DNA from: a virus
Lineage: Duplodnaviria; Caudoviricetes
Virus record (IMG/VR): IMGVR_UViG_3300008255_000376
Coordinates: 1 to 29,083 of that record
Length of the DNA stretch: 29,083 nt
Strand: one strand, 5' to 3'
Each line of letters starts with the position of its first letter. The first letter of the stretch is position 1. The notes under the pieces are model-generated. The model did not search any database. It was not told the DNA's origin and was given only the letters and a program-made list of their open reading frames with translations. The translations under genes and the position numbers were made by a program. Below are positions 26,066-29,083 of the stretch, in pieces.

Positions 26066-26188
26066 ATGATTAACTTTAAATTACAAGAAACTGAAACACC
26101 AGTTGAAGATGCTCCTGTTGAGGAAACCCCCGAAGAAACACCTGTTGAAGAAACACCTGTTAAGGAAACGCCAGAAGGAACTGAATAA
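26066..26188 (+). CDS. 40-aa acidic ETP-repeat peptide
   Basis: MINFKLQETETPVEDAPVEETPEETPVEETPVKETPEGTE; A-rich leader like the other genes. Confidence 0.55.
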   Translation: MINFKLQETETPVEDAPVEETPEETPVEETPVKETPEGTE

Positions 26189-26193
26189 CAATT

Positions 26194-26334
26194 AACCCTG
26201 CGAACGCTATCCTACCGTTTGTTTTGGGCTTTGCTTTAGCAGAGTTTAGGGTTTGAATACTCTCTCTGAATAACTTTTTTATTTAAGCCCAAAAAAACAA
26301 TGAGGCAAGGAAGGGTTGGCAGGGTTTTTGTTTT
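26194..26334 (+). other. Long imperfect hairpin ending in a T-tract (terminator-like element or ncRNA)
   Basis: AACCCTGC/GCAGGGTT, TTTTGGGCTT/AAGCCCAAAA and CAGAG/CTCTG nested stems, then TTTGTTTT. Confidence 0.55.
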
Positions 26335-26385
26335 CCACAGGTTATTCACAAAGGGACTTGACAAGGGTTTATGGTTTGATAGAAT
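26331..26385 (+). promoter_or_regulatory. Tandem DnaA boxes followed by a sigma70-type promoter
   Basis: TTTTCCACA 26331-39 and TTATTCACA 26342-50 both match TTWTNCACA; TTGACA 26358-63, 16-nt spacer, TGnTAGAAT ending at 26385. Confidence 0.65.
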
Positions 26386-26485
26386 TATTTAATGAAGCAA
26401 TAGTGTTCGGTTTTGGTCTAACCATGGCTAAACATAATCGCCCCGCCTAATTCTTAACCGAACACGGCGGGGTTTCGTTTTACAA

Positions 26486-26765
26486 CACATATCCTAAGCA
26501 TATCCCATTTGAGGCTCTGTTTACGACCTAACAACCTCTATGAGTTAAAAGATGAATTGAATACCATCGCAACTTCTTTTGGAGAAGTGCCATTGTCCCT
26601 CTTTCATCTTACTCATCTATCGTTATCATTTCCTTCGGGAAGTGTGGGGAGCGTGAAGAAATCTCTGATGAAGTTGCCTGCTGGGGCGTTGAACTAAATG
26701 GGCAGAGTAAAAGTTCTTCACGAGCAAAAGGGCAGAAAGAAATCCAGCATTGCCGAAAATATGTG
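26486..26765 (+). ncRNA. Candidate structured non-coding RNA (~280 nt), family not recognised
   Basis: Closing stem CACATAT/ATATGTG, several internal stems, a cUUCGg tetraloop, and pseudoknot and kissing-loop complementarities (see findings). Confidence 0.55.
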
Positions 26766-26836
26766 AAAATAGTTTTCTTTCTTTCTATCTAAAAGATAGA
26801 AGAGGTCGTTTAGGGCAGAAAGAGAACGGCATTGTT

Positions 26837-27046
26837 ATGTTAGAGAAATCAAAAAAAGAAAGAAACCGAATAAGGCAAGAATTTCTTTTAACTTTCTTTG
26901 ATAAAAATTCAGGATATTCTGAGAAAGAAATTAATGGTTTTTGGTTAATAAAACAATGGAACGGAAATCAGAAGATATGGCAAGTGGCAATTTATACAAA
27001 AGAAAGTTTTAGGAAATATAATTATCTGAGAAATAAAAATAGGTAA
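26837..27046 (+). CDS. Hypothetical protein (69 aa)
   Basis: ATG 26837 is more plausible than the TTG at 26750, which lies inside the structured RNA. Confidence 0.55.
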   Translation: MLEKSKKERNRIRQEFLLTFFDKNSGYSEKEINGFWLIKQWNGNQKIWQVAIYTKESFRKYNYLRNKNR

Positions 27047-27126
27047 ATCTTGAAGTCGTCAAAACTATTCGGTAAAGTGGAAAGGTCGCATAAAAAGTTA
27101 ATTTAAAATTTAAAGTGAATAAAAAG

Positions 27127-27185
27127 TTATCCACTTTTGTTCGTAAAATCGGGCTATTGACAGATACTTTGGAATAATATAAGAT
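27127..27185 (+). promoter_or_regulatory. DnaA-box-like site and sigma70-type promoter for the small early genes
   Basis: TTATCCACT 27127-35 (one mismatch); TTGACA 27157-62, 17-nt spacer, TAAGAT 27180-85. Confidence 0.6.
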
Positions 27186-27203
27186 TATTATAGACAAACA
27201 ATT

Positions 27204-27353
27204 ATGAGATTTATTAAACAGCCAGAAAAAGATTACGCCAAAGGAAGACGGGCAATAAAAAGAATAGAAGATATGAGAAAAGATATTGACACTATCAGGG
27301 AGGCTTCGTGGCGGTTAAAAAATAAAATTAAAGGTCGTAAAAAAAAGAAATAA
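27204..27353 (+). CDS. 49-aa basic hypothetical protein
   Basis: ATG 18 nt after the -10 element; stop 5 nt before the next start. Confidence 0.55.
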   Translation: MRFIKQPEKDYAKGRRAIKRIEDMRKDIDTIREASWRLKNKIKGRKKKK

Positions 27354-27358
27354 AACCT

Positions 27359-27586
27359 ATGTCAGAATTATTCAAACAAATAGATACCCAGCGACTTGTA
27401 ATTCAGAAAATAATGAAAGATGCGTATGATGCGGGCTATAAAAAAAGAGATGATGAAATAAAAGAAGCCCAAAGAAAGACAGTGGAATTAGAGGGGAAAT
27501 TGGAAGACGAATATAAATCTTATTGTCCAAAGTGCGGAGAACCAGTTTTGGGCGATGAAGACGGGCTTTGCGGTCGTTGTGTATAA
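27359..27586 (+). CDS. Hypothetical protein with C-terminal zinc ribbon
   Basis: CPKCG...LCGRC. Confidence 0.7.
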   Translation: MSELFKQIDTQRLVIQKIMKDAYDAGYKKRDDEIKEAQRKTVELEGKLEDEYKSYCPKCGEPVLGDEDGLCGRCV

Positions 27587-27588
27587 AT

Positions 27589-27951
27589 ATGAAGAAAAAA
27601 AACGAACAAAGAATAGTTGAGGTGGCGAGGAGCTTCAGCAGAAAATTGAACCTCGGGAATTACGAAACTTTAGATGTATTCACTTCGGCTAAAATGGAAA
27701 CTAATGATTTAGAAATGGTTGAGATTTCGGAAAAACTAATAAACTTTTGTGAAGATGAAACGATGAAATTTATCAATAACTACAAACTTGAACATTCACC
27801 CATTAAAGAACTAACCCCCCGAGAAAAAAGAGAGGCGACCCAAAGCAAGACCGAAGAAATAAACGCTGAATTGGGGGCAGAAATAGACAAAGAAAACGAA
27901 GAGATTAAAGAAGCTCAAGGTATCGCAGATTTACCGATTATAGAAATATAA
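27589..27951 (+). CDS. Hypothetical protein
   Basis: Likely ATG at 27589; SRKLNLGNYETLD motif that I recall from conserved phage hypothetical proteins. Confidence 0.7.
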   Translation: MKKKNEQRIVEVARSFSRKLNLGNYETLDVFTSAKMETNDLEMVEISEKLINFCEDETMKFINNYKLEHSPIKELTPREKREATQSKTEEINAELGAEIDKENEEIKEAQGIADLPIIEI

Positions 27952-27956
27952 AAATT

Positions 27957-28274
27957 ATGACTGAAAACCCTCCTACAATTTGCCCATTTTGCCAAGCCCC
28001 TGTCCGAGAAAAAAAAGGGATAAGCCGAAAAACAGGGAAGCCCTATGCTTTTTATGGTTGTAGTCGGTATCCCGAATGTGATTTTATCTGGCGGGAACAA
28101 AAGAAAGGAACAAGGGAAAAACCCTTACGCGAACACGACCAGGGGGTAGAAATCTTATCTGACTTAAAAGTAATCAATCAAAACATAATGAACATAGCCG
28201 AGGGAATAAATAAATTAGCCAAAAAGCAAAAAGCATTTTTTAAGATATTTTGCGATAAACAAAATGGAGATTAA
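27957..28274 (+). CDS. Protein with topoisomerase-type C4 zinc finger
   Basis: CPFC...FYGCSRYPECDF. Confidence 0.75.
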   Translation: MTENPPTICPFCQAPVREKKGISRKTGKPYAFYGCSRYPECDFIWREQKKGTREKPLREHDQGVEILSDLKVINQNIMNIAEGINKLAKKQKAFFKIFCDKQNGD

Positions 28275-28596
28275 CAAAAAACTATCAGAAATAGAGGAGA
28301 ACCTTAAACTCTTATTAGAGGAACAGCCCAGATTAAGAAAAGTAGAAAACAAAAGAGAACTTTGGTGGGAATACTTTAAAAGATTTGACGGTTTAACTTT
28401 CGGTATTACAAAAGAAATGTTTTTATATCGGCTTACAAATATAGAATATCTGGGTAGAGCATTAAGAAAATTACAGGCAAAAGTTAAAAAAGTTGATGAT
28501 TTGAGCCGCTACGAAAAAGAGAACGAGTTTCTTAAAGGATTAAAACCCAAAGATAAAAAAGAGTTTAAAGAAGTATTCGGGGATGAGGAAAAATGA
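28264..28596 (+). CDS. Hypothetical protein
   Basis: 110-aa ORF overlapping the previous gene. Confidence 0.65.
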   Translation: MEINKKLSEIEENLKLLLEEQPRLRKVENKRELWWEYFKRFDGLTFGITKEMFLYRLTNIEYLGRALRKLQAKVKKVDDLSRYEKENEFLKGLKPKDKKEFKEVFGDEEK

Positions 28597-28732
28597 TAAA
28601 AACTATGTAAAATGTCCTAAATGTAAGGTTTGGCGAAACTTAAAAGATACTCCCAACGGATGCCCTGTGTGCTTTTTAGAAAAATATAAAATCAAAAATC
28701 AGAAATTTCGGGGGAAACCCAAATATGCCTAA
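28583..28732 (+). CDS. 49-aa zinc-ribbon protein
   Basis: MRKNDKNYVKCPKCKVW...GCPVCF; overlaps both neighbours. Confidence 0.55.
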   Translation: MRKNDKNYVKCPKCKVWRNLKDTPNGCPVCFLEKYKIKNQKFRGKPKYA

Positions 28733-28907
28733 ATCTATGGAAAACAAAAAACCAGAAAACAGCGACAACATTTTTAAAACAGAGAAATACGAGGTTGTTC
28801 TTCCCCTGAATACTAACAGCGATAAGATTTTTGATACTGTCAATTTTGAAATAAAGATTTGGCGGGATGAAGATATTAAGTTCGTGTTTGTTAAGAAGAA
28901 GAAATAA
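28725..28907 (+). CDS. Hypothetical protein
   Basis: 60-aa ORF continuing the overlapping + strand array. Confidence 0.5.
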   Translation: MPKSMENKKPENSDNIFKTEKYEVVLPLNTNSDKIFDTVNFEIKIWRDEDIKFVFVKKKK

Positions 28908-28956
28908 AAAAGGAATTATGAAGAAATTTAAACGAACCGCATCCAATAAAATAATT

Positions 28957-29083
28957 ATGAAAAAAGAAAAAATGGCAAAAACAAAATTTCAAATAAAAAA
29001 TAGATATACGGGCGAGATAATTGTAGAAATGGAAGCAGAAACTTTAAGAGAGGTTATAGAAAAAAATAAAGCAAACCTTTGGG
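28957..29083 (+). CDS. 3'-truncated probable pentapeptide-repeat protein
   Basis: FQIKNRYTGEII...KANLW(G) resembles the usual N-terminus of phage pentapeptide-repeat proteins; runs off the window. Confidence 0.5.
   Translation, partial: MKKEKMAKTKFQIKNRYTGEIIVEMEAETLREVIEKNKANLW

Noticed and set aside
26095-26180. GAAACACCTGTT repeats as a DNA repeat element
   Set aside because: Explained by the ETPVE peptide repeat, with synonymous variation between copies.
26509-26697. 62-aa ORF as a protein-coding gene
   Set aside because: TTG start, atypical composition and complete overlap with dense base-pairing; better explained as ncRNA, though not excluded.
1-29083. Stop-codon reassignment (alternative genetic code), tRNA genes or integrase
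   Set aside because: Genes are full-length in code 11 and TAA, TAG and TGA all end genes at overlaps; no cloverleaf or recombinase motifs were seen.

Overview
This window is an AT-rich tailed dsDNA phage segment with almost all genes on the + strand and the standard genetic code. It is probably podovirus-like, since no tape-measure or tail-tube gene is evident. Gene order: partial HNH/Zn-finger gene; consensus sigma70 promoter and repeat-rich non-coding tract; AbrB-like gene; terminase large subunit; portal; small basic proteins; scaffold; major capsid protein split by a very compact group I intron (5963-6564) carrying a LAGLIDADG endonuclease; a four-enzyme glycosylation/methylation cassette inside the head module; adaptor, fiber, nozzle and ejection genes; a lysis cassette (holin-like proteins, papain-like peptidase-SH3, lytic transglycosylase); a structured non-coding region with DnaA boxes; and small early genes. 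Shine-Dalgarno sites are almost absent, which suggests (inference only) a Patescibacteria/CPR-like host. The most notable signals are: (1) a ~157-nt-core group I intron that seems to lack P2 and P9 and whose endonuclease is translationally coupled to capsid exon 1; (2) the putative virion-glycosylation cassette; (3) a transglycosylase whose signal peptide appears reachable only by a -1 frameshift; (4) a ~280-nt structured RNA candidate with pseudoknot and kissing-loop complementarity, one loop of which is complementary to a recurrent, strand-biased AAAGGTCG motif. All pairings and counts were read by eye; no searches were run.
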